Notes under the pieces: generated by a model
Seen by the model: the letters and a program-made list of their open reading frames with translations, nothing else
Databases searched by the model: none
What the model was told of the DNA's origin: nothing
Program-made: the position numbers and the translations under genes
Part shown: one piece after another, positions 44,719 through 57,212 of the stretch
Layout of the letters: each line of letters begins with the position of its first letter
How positions within the stretch are numbered: position 1 is the first letter of the stretch
Assembly (NCBI GenBank): GCA_965261005.1
Contig: OZ253375.1
Span: forward strand, 864,001 to 928,000
DNA from: Deinococcus sp.
GTDB lineage: Bacteria > Deinococcota > Deinococci > Deinococcales > Deinococcaceae
Direction of reading: 5' to 3'
Length of the DNA: 64,000 nucleotides

Positions 44719-45180
44719 TCAGCTTTCCGGAATGCCGGGAACGCTGGTCGGCTCGGGCGCGGGGGGGTTCACTGGGATGGCGCTGGCGCCGGCGCCGCCG
44801 CGCTGGCTCACGCGCATCATGCGGCCACGGTCGGTCTTGATGCGGGCGGCCTTGCCGCGCAACTCGCGCAGGTAGTACAGCTTGGCGCGGCGCACCTTGC
44901 CGCGCTCCAACACCGTGATCTGGCTGATGGTGGGGCTGTGGTAGGGAAACACGCGCTCCACGCCCTCGCCGAAGCTGATTTTGCGCACGGTGAAGCTCTT
45001 GCGGGTGCCGCTGTTGTTGGACGCGATGACCACACCCTCAAAGGCCTGCACGCGGGTGCGGGCGCCCTCGGTCACCTTGGTGTCCACCCGCACGGTATCC
45101 CCCGGCTGAAAGTCCGGCAGGTCCGGCTTGAGGTGCGGCTGCTCGACGGAGCGGAGTAAGGCGCCACGGTTGATCTTCAT
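44719..45180 (-). CDS. rplS: 50S ribosomal protein L19
   Basis: [41 protein letters not shown]. Confidence 0.97.
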   Translation of the reverse strand: MKINRGALLRSVEQPHLKPDLPDFQPGDTVRVDTKVTEGARTRVQAFEGVVIASNNSGTRKSFTVRKISFGEGVERVFPYHSPTISQITVLERGKVRRAKLYYLRELRGKAARIKTDRGRMMRVSQRGGAGASAIPVNPPAPEPTSVPGIPES

Positions 45181-45347
45181 AGTCTCTCCTTTGCGGCAGG
45201 CGGACCGCTCGCGGCGAGCGTTCACTGTCACTTCCCCCGCTGTCACTTCTCCTGGGGGCACGGCTTGACAGTATAGAAGGGCGCGGCGCGGCGGCGCAAG
45301 ATTTTTTGGCGGCGGGTCTCCGGTGTTGGGCGTTATGCTGGTCCAGC

Positions 45348-46139
45348 ATGATAGACCGCACTCAAGAACGGGACGCCGCCCTCACGCAGCTGAGCGAGGC
45401 CAGGGCGCGCCAAACCCACAACCGGCGGGTGGCGAGCGCGCGTGAGCACGTCGGCGCGGCGGGCTGGGCGCAGAGCGCCGCCCTGGAGAAGATCATCCAC
45501 GCCGGCCGGGAACAGTTCGCCGTGACCGACGCCCTGCGGCAAGTGGTGAACTTGACCCTCACGCAGCTGCGCCAAGTCAGCTTGGAGGACATTGGGCAGT
45601 TCGGGCCGGGCCAGGCCAGCGCCCTCAAGACCATTATCGAGTCGGGCGGCGAGCAGGTGGACGCCGCCCTCGCCCTCCAGGCGCTGATCGAGGACGCCCT
45701 CGCGGCGGTGGTGGACACGCCGCTGGGCGACCTGAGCGTGACCAAGCTGGAGCATATTCGCGCGGCGGTGGAGCGTCAGACCCGCGCCCTCCACGACATG
45801 ATCGCCGCCGCCAAGTCGCAGGCACACACGCTGGAGCAGCTGCGCGCCCTGGACGCCGTCAGCGCCGAGCAGCAGGCGCGCGTGGCCAGCTCGGCCCACA
45901 CGGAGGCCGAACTGAAGGTGCTGGCCCTGGAGCAGGTTGCCGGCCAGGCCGCCCACGAAATCGGGCAATTGTCAAAGGCGGGCGAAGGCGCGCAGCTCGC
46001 GGCCTTGGAACAGGTGGCGGCGCGCGCCGTGGACGAGATCAGGCAGCTCGCCGACACCCCGGAGCAAGAGGAGGCGCTGCGCCACGTGGCCGAGCGGGCG
46101 CAAGGCGGGGAACTGGCAGACAAGGCCCTTCAGCCATAA
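45348..46139 (+). CDS. Hypothetical all-helical protein with internal repeats
   Basis: Ala/Gln/Glu-rich, host codon usage, TATGCT upstream of ATG 45348. Confidence 0.65.
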   Translation: MIDRTQERDAALTQLSEARARQTHNRRVASAREHVGAAGWAQSAALEKIIHAGREQFAVTDALRQVVNLTLTQLRQVSLEDIGQFGPGQASALKTIIESGGEQVDAALALQALIEDALAAVVDTPLGDLSVTKLEHIRAAVERQTRALHDMIAAAKSQAHTLEQLRALDAVSAEQQARVASSAHTEAELKVLALEQVAGQAAHEIGQLSKAGEGAQLAALEQVAARAVDEIRQLADTPEQEEALRHVAERAQGGELADKALQP

Positions 46140-46190
46140 AGTGTGCCGGGTGGGCGGTGCGGACGCGGGGGACCAGCCTAGAATGCTCCC

Positions 46191-46910
46191 GTGACGGCAG
46201 CCTCCCATGTTGTGGCCTTTGATGTTGTTGATTTGGGTCTGCTGCCCTACGCGCAGGCTTGGGCGCGGCAAAAGCGCGAGCACGCCCGCGTAGCGGCGGG
46301 TGGGCGGCCAGTCCTCCTCTTGGTCGAGCATCCCGCCGTGCTGACCCTGGGGCGCAAGGCGCGGGAGGGCGGCAACATCCTGGCCCCGCGCGCCCTGCTG
46401 GCCGCAAACAGTATCGAGGTCTTTGAGGTCGAGCGCGGCGGCGACGTGACCTACCACGGCCCCGGCCAAATGGTCGCCTACGCCATCTTTCCGGTGGGGC
46501 GGCGGGTGCGCGACTTCTTGAGATTGCTGGAGCAGGTCTTCGTGGACGTCGTGGGAGGCTACGGCCTGGCGGCGCGCGCCAACCCCGGTTATGCGGGCGT
46601 GTACGTGGCGCCGCGCGAGGTCGGCGGCCGGATGACCGACCAGAAAATTGCCTCCATCGGCGTGGCAGTGCAAAGGGACGTGGCCCTGCACGGCGCGGCC
46701 CTCAACGTGAGCACCAACTTAGACCACTTCGACCTGATCCTGCCCTGCGGGTTGCAAGACACCCGGATGACCTCGCTGGCGCGCGAATTGGGCCGGGAGT
46801 TGGACATGGCCGAGGTCAAGGCGCGCACCGTTCGGGCCTTTCAAGACGTCTTCGCGTCCTACGACTGGACGCTGCCCCAGCCAGCTCTACAAGAGGGAGT
46901 GAGCCGATGA
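46191..46910 (+). CDS. lipB: Octanoyltransferase
   Basis: [26 protein letters not shown]. Confidence 0.95.
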   Translation: MTAASHVVAFDVVDLGLLPYAQAWARQKREHARVAAGGRPVLLLVEHPAVLTLGRKAREGGNILAPRALLAANSIEVFEVERGGDVTYHGPGQMVAYAIFPVGRRVRDFLRLLEQVFVDVVGGYGLAARANPGYAGVYVAPREVGGRMTDQKIASIGVAVQRDVALHGAALNVSTNLDHFDLILPCGLQDTRMTSLARELGRELDMAEVKARTVRAFQDVFASYDWTLPQPALQEGVSR

Positions 46911-47905
46911 CCCAGAGTTCAGAACCGCCCCAAAAAGAAACGAAGTTCATCAAGAACGGCATCCACCGCAAGAACGCCCAAAAGGTGCGCGAAAAGAAGC
47001 CCAGTTGGCTCAAGGTCAGCATTCCCACCGGGGAAGTCTTCGGCCAAGTGAAGCAGGTGGTGAAATCTCACGGTTTGCACACCGTCTGCGAAGAGGCGAT
47101 GTGCCCCAACATCGCCGAGTGCTGGTCGCGCGGAACCGCCACCTTTATGCTGATGGGCCACATCTGCACGCGGGCCTGCCGCTTCTGCGCGGTGGACACG
47201 GGAAACCCCGGCGGCAAGCTGGACCTCACGGAACCCGCCCAGGTGGCGGACAGCGTGCGGCTGATGGCCCTCAGGTACGTCGTTCTCACCTCGGTGGACC
47301 GCGACGATTTGCCGGACGGCGGCGCCTACCACTTCGCCAAGACGGTCGCCCAGATTAAAAAGGTCTCGCCGGAAACGCGCGTGGAGGCGCTGACCCCCGA
47401 CTTCGGCGGCAACACGGCCTGCGTGGACTTGGTGCTGGAGGCTGGGGTAGACGTGTACGCCCAGAACTTGGAGACGGTGCGCCGCCTGACCCACCCCGTG
47501 CGCGACCCGCGCGCCGGCTACGACCGGACCTTGGCGGTGCTGGCCCACGCCAAAAAGGCGCGCCCCGACGTGTACACCAAGACAAGCGTCATGCTGGGCC
47601 TCGGCGAGACGCGGGAGGAAGTGTTAGAGGCCATGCGCGACTGCCGCGCGGCCGGGGTGGACGTGCTGACCTTCGGCCAATACCTGCGGCCGACCGAACA
47701 CCACCTGCCGGTGGTGGAGTACGTGACCCCGGACGCCTTCGCCAAGCTCCGCGAGATCGGGCTGGGGATGGGCTTTGTCGAGGTCGTGTCCGGCCCTCTC
47801 GTCCGCAGCAGTTACAAGGCCGAGCAGCTCTTCATGGACAAGCCGGGCGACTTTCCCGAGCACCTGGCCCACTTGGAGGGCGGGGACGCGCTCGCGCTGA
47901 TTTGA
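46907..47905 (+). CDS. lipA: Lipoyl synthase
   Basis: [12 protein letters not shown] and CTRACRFC clusters, VRSSY. Confidence 0.97.
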   Translation: MTQSSEPPQKETKFIKNGIHRKNAQKVREKKPSWLKVSIPTGEVFGQVKQVVKSHGLHTVCEEAMCPNIAECWSRGTATFMLMGHICTRACRFCAVDTGNPGGKLDLTEPAQVADSVRLMALRYVVLTSVDRDDLPDGGAYHFAKTVAQIKKVSPETRVEALTPDFGGNTACVDLVLEAGVDVYAQNLETVRRLTHPVRDPRAGYDRTLAVLAHAKKARPDVYTKTSVMLGLGETREEVLEAMRDCRAAGVDVLTFGQYLRPTEHHLPVVEYVTPDAFAKLREIGLGMGFVEVVSGPLVRSSYKAEQLFMDKPGDFPEHLAHLEGGDALALI

Positions 47906-47915
47906 GGCCTTTTTT

Positions 47916-49334
47916 ATGAGCTACGACGCCGTGATCGTCGGTTCCGGCCCGAACGGGCTGGCCGCCGCGATCACCCTGGCGCGCGCCGGGCTATCCGTCG
48001 CCGTCTACGAGGCGGGGGCCACGGTCGGCGGCGGGCTGCGCTCGGCCGAATTGACGCTGCCGGGCTTCACGCATGACGTGTGCTCGGCGATTCACCCGCT
48101 GGGGGTGGGGTCACCATTTTTCCGGGACTTGCCGCTGCACGCCTTCGGGCTGGACTGGGTGCAGCCGGACGCCCCCTTCGCCCACCCGCTGGACGACGGG
48201 GCGGTGATCGTGAAGCGCGATCTGAAGGTGACCATTGCCCGGCTCGGCGAGCCTTATGGGCGCTTGATGGCGCCCCTGCTGGGCGACTGGCAAGGCTTGC
48301 TGGACGACGTGCTGGGGCCGCTGCTGAGGTGGCCCGGCCACCCCGTCACGCTGGCGCGCTTCGGGCTTCGGGGCTTGCCGCCGGCGGAGCTGCTGGCGAG
48401 AAGCTTGTTTCGCGCTCCAGAGGGGCGGGCCGTGCTGGCGGGCCTGGCGGCTCACGCCCAACTCCCCCTCTCGGCCCCCGGCACCTCGGCGCTGGCCCTG
48501 GTGTTGGGGGTGCTGGCGCACGCGGTCGGCTGGCCGCTGGCGCGCGGCGGCTCCCAGAGCGTCGCGGACGCCCTCACTGCTTACCTGCGCTTTCTGGGCG
48601 GCGAGGTGTTCACGGAAGCGCCCATCCGCGCCCTGCGCGAGCTGCCCCCTGCCCGCGCAGTGCTGCTCGACTTGACGCCGCAGCAGCTCTTGGCCTTCGC
48701 GGATGCCCCCTGGCCTGCCACCTATCGTGGATGGCTGGAACGTTTCCGGCGCGGCCCCGGTGTGTTCAAGCTGGACTACGCTTTGTCAGCAGCGGTGCCG
48801 TGGCGAGATCCCGAGGTGGCGCGGGCGGGCACCGTCCATCTGGGCGGCACCCTGGAGGAGATCGCCGCCTCCGAGCGCGCGGTGGCCCTCGGTCAACACC
48901 CCGATTCTCCCTATGTCCTGGCCGCCCAGCAGAGTTTGTTCGATCCCGGCCGCGCCCCGGCGGGAAAGCACACCTTCTGGGCCTACTGCCACGTCCCGAA
49001 CGGCTCGGATAGGGACATGACCGGCCCCATAGAGGCCCAGATCGAGCGCTTCGCCCCCGGCTTCCGCGACTTGATTCTGGCGCGGCACGCCACCAATAAC
49101 GTTCAGCTGGAACGCTACAACCCCAACTATCTGGGCGGCGACATCAACGGCGGGGCGGCGGACTTGTGGCAGCTGATCGCGCGCCCGGTCCCCACGCCCA
49201 CGCCGTACCGCACGCCTTTGAAGGGCGTCTATCTCTGCTCGGCCAGCACGCCGCCAGGGGGGGGCGTTCACGGCATGGGCGGGTATCACACGGCGCGGGC
49301 GGCCCTGGGGGACTTGTGGGGCATACCGACCTGA
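47916..49334 (+). CDS. Phytoene desaturase-family FAD-dependent oxidoreductase
   Basis: [29 protein letters not shown]. Confidence 0.88.
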   Translation: MSYDAVIVGSGPNGLAAAITLARAGLSVAVYEAGATVGGGLRSAELTLPGFTHDVCSAIHPLGVGSPFFRDLPLHAFGLDWVQPDAPFAHPLDDGAVIVKRDLKVTIARLGEPYGRLMAPLLGDWQGLLDDVLGPLLRWPGHPVTLARFGLRGLPPAELLARSLFRAPEGRAVLAGLAAHAQLPLSAPGTSALALVLGVLAHAVGWPLARGGSQSVADALTAYLRFLGGEVFTEAPIRALRELPPARAVLLDLTPQQLLAFADAPWPATYRGWLERFRRGPGVFKLDYALSAAVPWRDPEVARAGTVHLGGTLEEIAASERAVALGQHPDSPYVLAAQQSLFDPGRAPAGKHTFWAYCHVPNGSDRDMTGPIEAQIERFAPGFRDLILARHATNNVQLERYNPNYLGGDINGGAADLWQLIARPVPTPTPYRTPLKGVYLCSASTPPGGGVHGMGGYHTARAALGDLWGIPT

Positions 49335-49359
49335 CGCGGGACGTGTACATTAAGCGCAC

Positions 49360-50583
49360 ATGACCACCAACGCCCGCTTCTCGGCCCGCACGCCGACCGG
49401 CCGCTACTTCGCCCTGTCCGCCTTTTGGTTTGGGACCAGCTTTCACTGGCTGTTGCTGCTGTTGATCCTGATGCCGGCCGACGTGCTGCGCTTCGTGGGC
49501 GACGCCAGCAAGGGGTTGTACCTGGGCATTGCCGTCAGCGTCGGCGCGGTGGTGGCGCTGGTGATGCCGCCCCTGGTCGGCGCCTACTCGGACAAGGTGG
49601 GCAAGCGGCTGGTCTTTTTGCGTTGGGGCACCGCGCTGAACGTGCTGGGCCTGGTCGGCATGGCCCTCGCGCCGGGGTACTGGCCGTACCTGGCCGCCTT
49701 TTCGCTGGTCCAGTTCGGCAACAACTTGGCGACCAGCCCCTACAGCGCCCTGATCCCCGAACTGGTCCCCCCCGCCGAGCGCGGCAAGGCCAGCGGCGTG
49801 ATGGGCTTTTTGCAGGCGGGCGGACAACTGCTGGGCGCGGTGGCCGCCTTCGCCTTCGGCACGCTGCACCTCGCGCCGAGCGTCTCCTACCTCGCCATCG
49901 GCCTTGTGTTGGTCGGCGGCGCCCTGATCACCCTGCTGAGCGTGCCCGAGCCGGAAGCGAGAACGCGCGAACAAGCTCCCGCCATCGCTTGGTGGCAGGT
50001 CTTCGCGGTGCAAGCCTTTTTGTGGGTCTTCGTCACGCGGGCGCTCTTCAGCCTGGGGCAGTACAGCGTGCAGCCGTTTTTACAGTTCTACGTCCGCGAC
50101 GTGCTGAAACAGACCGAGAACACCGGCACCTCCACCAGCATCATGCTCTTCGTCATCATCGTCGGGAGCATTGTCAGCGCCCTGGTGGGCGGACGCCTGT
50201 CGGACCGGGTCGGGCGCAAGCCGGTGATCTACTTCGCGGGCGGCCTGATGGCGGCCTGCGCGCTGCTCTTTCTGCTGGCGCCGAGCTTTCCCGTGGCCTT
50301 GGGCTTCGCGCTGCTGTTCGGCCTCGGCTACGGCGCCTTTGTCAGCGTGGACTGGGCGCTCGGCAGCGACGCCATGCCGAGCGCCAGTTCCTACGCCCGC
50401 GACATGGGCATGTGGCACGTCGCCTTTGTCGCCCCGCAGATGACCAACGCTCCGCAGGGCGCCCTGCTGGACTGGGGCAACCGCTTGGGCGGCAACCTCG
50501 GCTACACCTTCGTGTTCGGCATCGCGGCGGTCTGCTTTCTGCTGGGCGTGATCTTGGTGCGGAATATCAAGACGGTGCGCTAG
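49360..50583 (+). CDS. MFS transporter
   Basis: About 12 TM helices; [10 protein letters not shown] and [10 protein letters not shown] motif A. Confidence 0.9.
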   Translation: MTTNARFSARTPTGRYFALSAFWFGTSFHWLLLLLILMPADVLRFVGDASKGLYLGIAVSVGAVVALVMPPLVGAYSDKVGKRLVFLRWGTALNVLGLVGMALAPGYWPYLAAFSLVQFGNNLATSPYSALIPELVPPAERGKASGVMGFLQAGGQLLGAVAAFAFGTLHLAPSVSYLAIGLVLVGGALITLLSVPEPEARTREQAPAIAWWQVFAVQAFLWVFVTRALFSLGQYSVQPFLQFYVRDVLKQTENTGTSTSIMLFVIIVGSIVSALVGGRLSDRVGRKPVIYFAGGLMAACALLFLLAPSFPVALGFALLFGLGYGAFVSVDWALGSDAMPSASSYARDMGMWHVAFVAPQMTNAPQGALLDWGNRLGGNLGYTFVFGIAAVCFLLGVILVRNIKTVR

Positions 50584-51254
50584 AAACTGCGCTTCAGCGG
50601 CGCGCTGAGCGGTTCAGCCCCTAGCGCCCCCATCAGCTCAAAAAACACCCCGTCGTGCGCCGGACTGGTCCACGCCGGCGACTGCACCAGCAGCAGCGAC
50701 TCGACCTCGTATGGTTGGGGCAGCTGGCGGGCGCGCTGCAACACCACCAATTTGTGATGCTCGGCGGCCAGGGCGGCGCGAACCTCGTCCCAAGTGCGCT
50801 CCAAGTCGAAGCCCTCGGCGACGCGCACCCCCGCGTGCCAGGCCGGGTACAGACAGGCGTAGCTGCCGATCACCCCGCGCGCCAAGGCCAGCCCTGCCCA
50901 GTTGCCGGGCCGGACGCGCTGCGGGTCGCCGCTCAGGCTGTAGAGGTCGTGGTGGCTGTCGAAGTTGACGAGATCGCGCCCCGGAAAGCGCGCGAGCCAG
51001 TCCCAGGCGTGCGCGTGGCTCCAAGCGACGAAGGTGGGAACGCCTCTGTAGGCCAGCAGCTCACGCGGGTCGCCGTGGAGGGGAAAATCCCCTTCGAGCG
51101 CGTGCCAACCGCTCGCCCGTGCATCGCGTTTCAGCGCCCGCTCGCGCCAGCGGTTCAGGCGGTCGTGTTCCCGGTCGGGCGTGCCCCAGAGAGGGGCGTC
51201 GAAGACGTGCTCGTTGCACCCGGAGTAGAAGTCCCAGTCAATAGAGAGCAGCAC
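50580..51254 (-). CDS. Conserved hypothetical protein, arginase/UPF0489-like
   Basis: LSIDWDF, NFDSHHD, GNW motifs. Confidence 0.6.
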   Translation of the reverse strand: MLLSIDWDFYSGCNEHVFDAPLWGTPDREHDRLNRWRERALKRDARASGWHALEGDFPLHGDPRELLAYRGVPTFVAWSHAHAWDWLARFPGRDLVNFDSHHDLYSLSGDPQRVRPGNWAGLALARGVIGSYACLYPAWHAGVRVAEGFDLERTWDEVRAALAAEHHKLVVLQRARQLPQPYEVESLLLVQSPAWTSPAHDGVFFELMGALGAEPLSAPLKRSF

Positions 51255-51259
51255 GACGT

Positions 51260-51727
51260 TCAGATCACTTTTTCGAGGTACACCAGCGTGAGCGCCGGCG
51301 AAGTGACTTCACGTTTGAATTCCACGTAGCCCAGCCGCCGGTACAGCCGCAAGTTGCCCTCGCTGCGGTGCCCGGTAAACAGCTCGAAGCGCTGCGCGCC
51401 CATACAGGCAGCCTCGACGCCGTGCAGTAGCCGGCTTCCCAAGCCCTGACCTTGCAAGCGGGGGTGAACGATCAGGCGGCCGAGGTGGACACCGTCCGTC
51501 CTGTCTTGAGCGCGCACGCTGCCGACCAGCTCATCGCCCAAATAGGCGCCCAGCACGGTATGCGTGTTCAGGTCAGACAGCAAATCGGTCAAAGGTTGCT
51601 TGAGGGGCGCGATGTTGTAGTCGTCGTACAACGCCGCTTCCGACTGGTAGCAGAGAAACTGCAACTTCAGCAGCTGCTCGGCGTCGTGGAAGCGCAGCGG
51701 TTCAAGATGAACTTCTGAAGCCGGCAT
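51260..51727 (-). CDS. GNAT family N-acetyltransferase
   Basis: GRLIVHPRLQGQGLG, NLRLYRRLGY. Confidence 0.9.
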   Translation of the reverse strand: MPASEVHLEPLRFHDAEQLLKLQFLCYQSEAALYDDYNIAPLKQPLTDLLSDLNTHTVLGAYLGDELVGSVRAQDRTDGVHLGRLIVHPRLQGQGLGSRLLHGVEAACMGAQRFELFTGHRSEGNLRLYRRLGYVEFKREVTSPALTLVYLEKVI

Positions 51728-51771
51728 AAGCTAGCTTATCTCCAGATGCCTCAAGGCCAGGTGACCACAGA

Positions 51772-52193
51772 ATGACCGCCACAAAACCCACCCCCGATCA
51801 CATCTTGGAGCACTGAACGGCGTTCAGCGAGTTGGCACATCCCTACGTCAAGCCCATAGAGAACGGGGCGGATTACCTGGCCGCCGAAGGCTTGCTCGAC
51901 GAGGTCAGCGACCGCATGGAAGGCCCAGACGACCCGCGCTACATCGGCCTGTTTCGCTATTGGCCGAGAACATTCACGCTTGGGAAGAAAAGCACGTCAC
52001 CTTGCCAGAGGCCGAGCCTCACGAGGTCCTGGCTCATCTCTTGCAGGAACACCAACTCAAGCAGGACGATTTGGCCGATCTGGTGGACCAAGGCATGCTG
52101 AGCAAGATTCTGGCGGGCAAGCGGGGCATCAGCGCTCGGCTGGCGAAGGCTTTGGGAGCGCGCTTCAACGCCAATCCGAGCTTGTTTTTGTAA
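51772..52193 (+). pseudogene. Disrupted HigA-like HTH antitoxin
   Basis: ATG 51772, in-frame TGA at 51814, frameshift near 51958 joining the 51832 and 51960 ORFs; C-terminal XRE HTH (LKQDDLA..LSKILAGKRGIS). Confidence 0.7.
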
Positions 52194-52200
52194 AGCTTTC

Positions 52201-53610
52201 TCAGTGACCGCCGAAGTGCCCCATTTGCGGCACGGGACCCGCGTACGGCACCAGCGCCGTCACCTCGCCGAAGAGGTCGTACTCGTCGGCGTCCTCGACG
52301 CGCGCCCGCACGACGTCGCCGATCTTGACTTGGCCGGCGAGGGCGCCCGCGTACAGGTACACCTGCCCGTCAATGCCTGGGGCGTCCCCCTGGGTCCGGC
52401 CGATCAGCTTGCTGCCGGGTGAATCCCCCTCGTCGTCGTTGTACTCGTCCACGATGACCTCAAGCTCGCGGCCAACTTTTTCCTGAAGCTTCTCGGCCGA
52501 GATGCGCTGGGCCACGGCCATGAAGCGGGCCAGGCGCTCCTCTTTAACCTCGTCGGGCACGCGCCCCTCGAAGCCGGTGGCGTCGGCCTCCTCCACCTCG
52601 GAGTAGGGAAAGGCGCCCACCCGGTCGAGCCTGGCCTCCTCCAGAAAGGTCAGCAGCTCCTGAAAGTCCGCCTCGGTCTCCCCCGGAAAGCCCACGATAA
52701 AGGTGCTGCGAATGGTCAGGTCCGGGCAGATGGCGCGCCAGCGCCGAATGGTCTCCAATTGCTTGCCCGCGCCGGGGCGGCGCATGGCCCGCAGAATCTT
52801 GGGGCTGGCGTGCTGAAGCGGCACGTCGAGGTACGGCAGGATTTTCCCGGCCGCCATCAGCTTCACGGTCTCGTCCACGTGTGGGTAGGGATAGACGTAG
52901 TGCATGCGCACCCAGGCGCCCAGCTCACCCAGCTTGACCGCCAGATCGGTCAGGTGGGCGCGCACCTGCTCGCCCTGAAACTCGCTCTCCCGGTGCCGGA
53001 CGTCCACGCCATACGCCGAGGTGTCCTGCGAAATCACCACGATCTCGCGGGTGCCGCCCGCGATCAGGCGGTACGCCTCGTACAGCACCTCACCGGCGTC
53101 ACGCGACACCTGAAGGCCGCGCAGCTTGGGAATAATGCAAAAGGCGCACTTGTGGTTACAGCCCTCGGCGATCTTGAGGTAGGCGTAATGGCGCGGCGTT
53201 AATTTGACGTCCCCCAGAATCTGGCCCGGAATCAGGCGGGTGAAGGGGTTCTGATCGGGCGGGATCAGCTCGTGAACGGCCCGCATGACCCCTTCCACGT
53301 CCTGCGAGCCGGTGACGCTAGCGACCTTGGGATGGCGCGCCCGAATGGTTTCCGGCCGCTCGCCCAGGCAGCCGGTCACGATGACCTTGCCGCCAGCGTC
53401 CAGCGCCTCGCCGATGGCGGACAAGCTCTCCTCCACCGCCGGCGTGATAAAGCCGCAGGTGTTGACGATCACGGTGTCGGCGTCCGCGTAGCTCGGCGCC
53501 AGCTGATAGCCCTCGGCGCGCAACTGGGTCAGGATGCGCTCGCTGTCCACCAGCGCCTTGGGGCACCCCAGGCTGACAAAACCAACTTTCTTGACGTCAA
53601 CGGCGGTCAT
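52201..53610 (-). CDS. rimO: Ribosomal protein S12 methylthiotransferase
   Basis: [35 protein letters not shown]. Confidence 0.95.
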   Translation of the reverse strand: MTAVDVKKVGFVSLGCPKALVDSERILTQLRAEGYQLAPSYADADTVIVNTCGFITPAVEESLSAIGEALDAGGKVIVTGCLGERPETIRARHPKVASVTGSQDVEGVMRAVHELIPPDQNPFTRLIPGQILGDVKLTPRHYAYLKIAEGCNHKCAFCIIPKLRGLQVSRDAGEVLYEAYRLIAGGTREIVVISQDTSAYGVDVRHRESEFQGEQVRAHLTDLAVKLGELGAWVRMHYVYPYPHVDETVKLMAAGKILPYLDVPLQHASPKILRAMRRPGAGKQLETIRRWRAICPDLTIRSTFIVGFPGETEADFQELLTFLEEARLDRVGAFPYSEVEEADATGFEGRVPDEVKEERLARFMAVAQRISAEKLQEKVGRELEVIVDEYNDDEGDSPGSKLIGRTQGDAPGIDGQVYLYAGALAGQVKIGDVVRARVEDADEYDLFGEVTALVPYAGPVPQMGHFGGH

Positions 53611-53763
53611 ACAAGCGGGCATTCTACCCGAACGGGATGAAGCAAAGGCGGGCAAGGGCACGCTTGAAATCAGCGGTCCCAAAGCGACGTAAACGTTGCC
53701 TTGACGCCGAAACCGTAGACTGTGTTACATGTCTATTTCCCTTTCCGCTTCAAAAGGCCCGTC

Positions 53764-54822
53764 GTGAAGGCCGTCATCCCCGCCGCCGGCTTCGGCACCC
53801 GTTTGCGCCCGCTCACCTACACCCGGCCCAAGCCGGTGCTGCCGGTGGCCGGCCAGCCGATCATCTGTCACGCCATCGGCAACCTGATGGCCGCCGGCAT
53901 TTGCGACATCGGCTTGGTGGTGTCCGATTTGACCCGCGAGGCCATCGAGCAGGCGGTCGAGACCGTCGAGGGCGCGCGGGTCACATACATCAACCAGCCG
54001 AAGATGCTGGGCATCGGCAACGCGGTGCGCTTGGCGCAGGGTTGGGTGGGCCAGGACGACTTTTGCGTGTACCTGGGCGACAACCTGTTCGAGCACGGCG
54101 TGGAACCTTATATCGAGGCGTTTCAGGCGCGCCGCCCGGACGCCCTGATCGCCCTGGTCGAGGTCGAGGACCCCAGCGCCTTTGGCGTGGTGGAACTCGA
54201 CGGTGAGCGCGTGCGTCGCCTGATCGAGAAGCCCAAAAATCCGCCCAGCAACTTGGCGGTGGCCGGGGTGTACTGCTTCACCGCCGGCGTCTTTGACGTT
54301 CTGGCCGAGTTGCAGCCCAGCCCGCGCGGCGAGTACGAGATCACCGACGCGCTGCAAGGCCTGATCGACGCCGGCGGCACGGTGCTCGGCCAGCGCGTGG
54401 CGGGCTGGTGGAAGGACACCGGGCGCCCCTACGACCTGATCGACGCCAATCGCTTGCTGCTCGAACGCCTGGAGCCGCACTTGGCCGGTCAGGTCGAGAA
54501 CTCGCGGGTGAGCGGCCGGGTCTACTTGGGCGCCGGCGCGCGGGTGGTGAACAGCGTGGTGGTCGGCCCCGCCCTGATCGGCGAGAACGTGGTGCTGGAG
54601 GACGCCTACGTCGGCCCCTTCACCTCCATTGGCGCCGGCAGCATGATCCGCCGCGCCGAGGTCGAGCACAGCGTCATCGACCAGCAGGTGACCATCGAGG
54701 ACGTGTCCACCCGGCTGCAAGACTGCCTGATCGGCCCGCGCGCCAGCGTGACCGGGGGCAAACGGGTCCCCCGCACGCTGTCCCTGACGCTCTCGGACGC
54801 CTCGGTGGTCGAGCTGATCTAA
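53764..54822 (+). CDS. Glucose-1-phosphate thymidylyltransferase (long form)
   Basis: [31 protein letters not shown], hexapeptide tail. Confidence 0.88.
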   Translation: MKAVIPAAGFGTRLRPLTYTRPKPVLPVAGQPIICHAIGNLMAAGICDIGLVVSDLTREAIEQAVETVEGARVTYINQPKMLGIGNAVRLAQGWVGQDDFCVYLGDNLFEHGVEPYIEAFQARRPDALIALVEVEDPSAFGVVELDGERVRRLIEKPKNPPSNLAVAGVYCFTAGVFDVLAELQPSPRGEYEITDALQGLIDAGGTVLGQRVAGWWKDTGRPYDLIDANRLLLERLEPHLAGQVENSRVSGRVYLGAGARVVNSVVVGPALIGENVVLEDAYVGPFTSIGAGSMIRRAEVEHSVIDQQVTIEDVSTRLQDCLIGPRASVTGGKRVPRTLSLTLSDASVVELI

Positions 54823-54868
54823 AACACCACACCCCAAACGCGACCGTCTTTTCTGCTATCATCAGAAT

Positions 54869-55069
54869 ATGCGGTCGCGTTTTCATCCAGATCCCCTTCC
54901 CAGCAGCGGGCGCGGCTACGCACACGTGTGCCCGCACTGCGGCGACGCCCTGGTACTGTGCGAGCTGCGCGACGGCGACCAAGCGTATTGGTGCCACCGC
55001 TGCGAGCGCGGCCACCGCGCCGGCGACCCGCCGCCAGAGGCGTTGCGCCCGCTGCCGAGGGCCGTTTAG
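54869..55069 (+). CDS. Small zinc-ribbon hypothetical protein
   Basis: CPHC and CHRC pairs. Confidence 0.6.
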   Translation: MRSRFHPDPLPSSGRGYAHVCPHCGDALVLCELRDGDQAYWCHRCERGHRAGDPPPEALRPLPRAV

Positions 55070-55461
55070 CCAAGCTCGAAGTTTAGGACTCTCAACACGT
55101 CTTCTGGCAGACGCACCGGCTTATAGAGCTTGTCGGTGGTCACGTGTTCGGTTTGACCGCCGGCGAGCAGCGCGTCCCCGCGCCGCAGGCGGTAGCCGAA
55201 GGTCAGCTTGCGGCTCCTGACCTCCAGCAGGCCCGTTTCCAGCGTGAGCAGGTCGTCATACCGCGCCGCCCGCCTGTACTCCACCCGCAGGGCGGCCAGC
55301 ATCAGGTAAAAGCCGCGCGCCTCGACGTCGGCGTAACTCAGGCCACGCCCCCGCAGCCACTCCGTGCGGCCGACCTCGAACCAGACGGGGTAGCTGGCGT
55401 GGTGCGCGACGCCCATCTGGTCGGTTTCGGCGTAGCGCACCCGCAGCTGGGTCAGGTCCAT
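55066..55461 (-). CDS. YbgC/FadM family acyl-CoA thioesterase
   Basis: RVRYAETDQMGVAHH, FEVGR. Confidence 0.9.
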   Translation of the reverse strand: MDLTQLRVRYAETDQMGVAHHASYPVWFEVGRTEWLRGRGLSYADVEARGFYLMLAALRVEYRRAARYDDLLTLETGLLEVRSRKLTFGYRLRRGDALLAGGQTEHVTTDKLYKPVRLPEDVLRVLNFELG

Positions 55462-55488
55462 CACGGCGCCCTGGTCATGGCGCCCTCA

Positions 55489-55770
55489 TCACGGCGCCTC
55501 TTGCGCGGCGTAAAACTCCAGCGCCGGCGTGCGGCGTAGCTTCACCGTGCGCGCGACCTCGTGCTGAAGGCGCCCGCGGGCGCTGGAGAGGGCCGCCAGC
55601 AGCGGTTCCATCTCGCCCAGCGCCGAGATATAAATGCGCGCGATGGCGTAGTCGGGCGTGACCGAGACGCGCTCGATGGTCACGATCAGGGGCACGCGTG
55701 GGTCGCGCAATTCGGCGATGGCCGCCGACAGCGTGCGCGCCAATTGCGCCTCCACCTGGGCCGGCTTCAC
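55489..55770 (-). CDS. rbfA: Ribosome-binding factor A
   Basis: [32 protein letters not shown] at 55770. Confidence 0.9.
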   Translation of the reverse strand: MKPAQVEAQLARTLSAAIAELRDPRVPLIVTIERVSVTPDYAIARIYISALGEMEPLLAALSSARGRLQHEVARTVKLRRTPALEFYAAQEAP

Positions 55771-55810
55771 GGCCCAACCTGTGAGTGCCAAACCCATGAG
55801 TGCAGACCCC

Positions 55811-57157
55811 TCAAGCCGGCGACCGTCCGGCGCGCGCCTCAATGAGGCCGGCGAGGTTCCGCGCGATCTCGTGAATCTCGGCCTGGTCCTGGCCCTCCAC
55901 CATCACGCGCACCAGGGACTCGGTGCCGCTGGGGCGCAGGTTCACGCGGCCACGCCCGGCGAGGCGCGCCTCGGCCGCCGCCAGAGCCACCACGACCTCG
56001 GGGTCGCGCGCGGCGGCGCGCTTATCGCGCACCGGCACGTTCACGAGGGTCTGCGGGTACATCTCCAACTCGTCGTGCAGTTCGCCCAAGGTCACGCCGA
56101 GTTGCCGCGCCGCCGCCAGGGTCCGCAGCGCGGTCAGCATCCCGTCGCCGGTGGGAGCGAGGTCGAGCAGCAGCACGTGCCCACTTTGCTCGCCGCCCAG
56201 GGTCAGGCCTGCGGCGTGCAAGCGCTCGTGCACGTAGCGGTCGCCCACCTGGGTGCGCTCGGTGCGCACGCCCGCCTCCGCCAGCTTGACCTCCAGCGCC
56301 ATGTTCGCCATCACGGTGGTGACCACGGCCGCCTCACGGCGGGCGCGCGCCAGCAGCAGCAGCATGTGGTCCCCCTGCACGACGTTGCCGCGCGAGTCCA
56401 CCAACAAGGCGCGGTCAGCGTCGCCGTCAAAGGCCACGCCCAAATCGTACTCACCTTCCCGCACCACCCGCCGCAGGTGGTCCAGGTGGGTGCTGCCGCA
56501 GTTGCGGTTGATGTTGCGGCCGTCCGGCGCGGCGTAGATCGCGAACACGTCGGCGCCCGCCGCCTGAAACACCCGGGGGCCGACGCGGGAAGCGGCCCCG
56601 TTGGCGCAGTCGAGCACTATGTTTAAACCCGAGAGGTCGGGGGTGTGACCCAGTAGAAAGTCCGCGTACAGCCGCTCGGCCTCGGCGTAATCGCCCACGC
56701 TGCCCAGGTCCACGCCCGTCAGCGGCGCCCAAGCCCTTTCGCGCGCCAACTCGGCCTCAATCTCGGCCTCCTCACGGTCGGGCAGCTTGTCGCCGCCGGA
56801 AGCGAAGAACTTGACGCCGTTGTCCTCATACGGGTTGTGCGAGGCGCTGATGACCGCCCCGGCGAGCGCGCCGAGCTGCCGGGTCAGGTAGCTGACGCCG
56901 GGGGTGGGCAGCACGCCCAACCGAACGACGTCCACGCCGCGCGCGCTGAGGCCCGCCGCCAGGGCCGCCTCCAGCATGTCGCCGCTTGTGCGGGTATCCT
57001 TGCCAATCACCACGCTGGGCCGCTGCGCGCCCGACCAGCCGCGCTTGAGGACCTCGGCCGCCGCGCCGCCGAGGGAAGCCACCCACTGCGGCGTCAGCGG
57101 AAACTCGCCGGCCACCGAGCGGACGCCGTCGGTGCCGAAAAAAGTGCGTTCTGTCAT
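55811..57157 (-). CDS. glmM: Phosphoglucosamine mutase
   Basis: [32 protein letters not shown]. Confidence 0.95.
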   Translation of the reverse strand: MTERTFFGTDGVRSVAGEFPLTPQWVASLGGAAAEVLKRGWSGAQRPSVVIGKDTRTSGDMLEAALAAGLSARGVDVVRLGVLPTPGVSYLTRQLGALAGAVISASHNPYEDNGVKFFASGGDKLPDREEAEIEAELARERAWAPLTGVDLGSVGDYAEAERLYADFLLGHTPDLSGLNIVLDCANGAASRVGPRVFQAAGADVFAIYAAPDGRNINRNCGSTHLDHLRRVVREGEYDLGVAFDGDADRALLVDSRGNVVQGDHMLLLLARARREAAVVTTVMANMALEVKLAEAGVRTERTQVGDRYVHERLHAAGLTLGGEQSGHVLLLDLAPTGDGMLTALRTLAAARQLGVTLGELHDELEMYPQTLVNVPVRDKRAAARDPEVVVALAAAEARLAGRGRVNLRPSGTESLVRVMVEGQDQAEIHEIARNLAGLIEARAGRSPA

Positions 57158-57212
57158 GTGGCGATGATGGCATACCGGCCGTGGGAAGTCAGGCCAAGCG
57201 TGCCCGCGCGGC

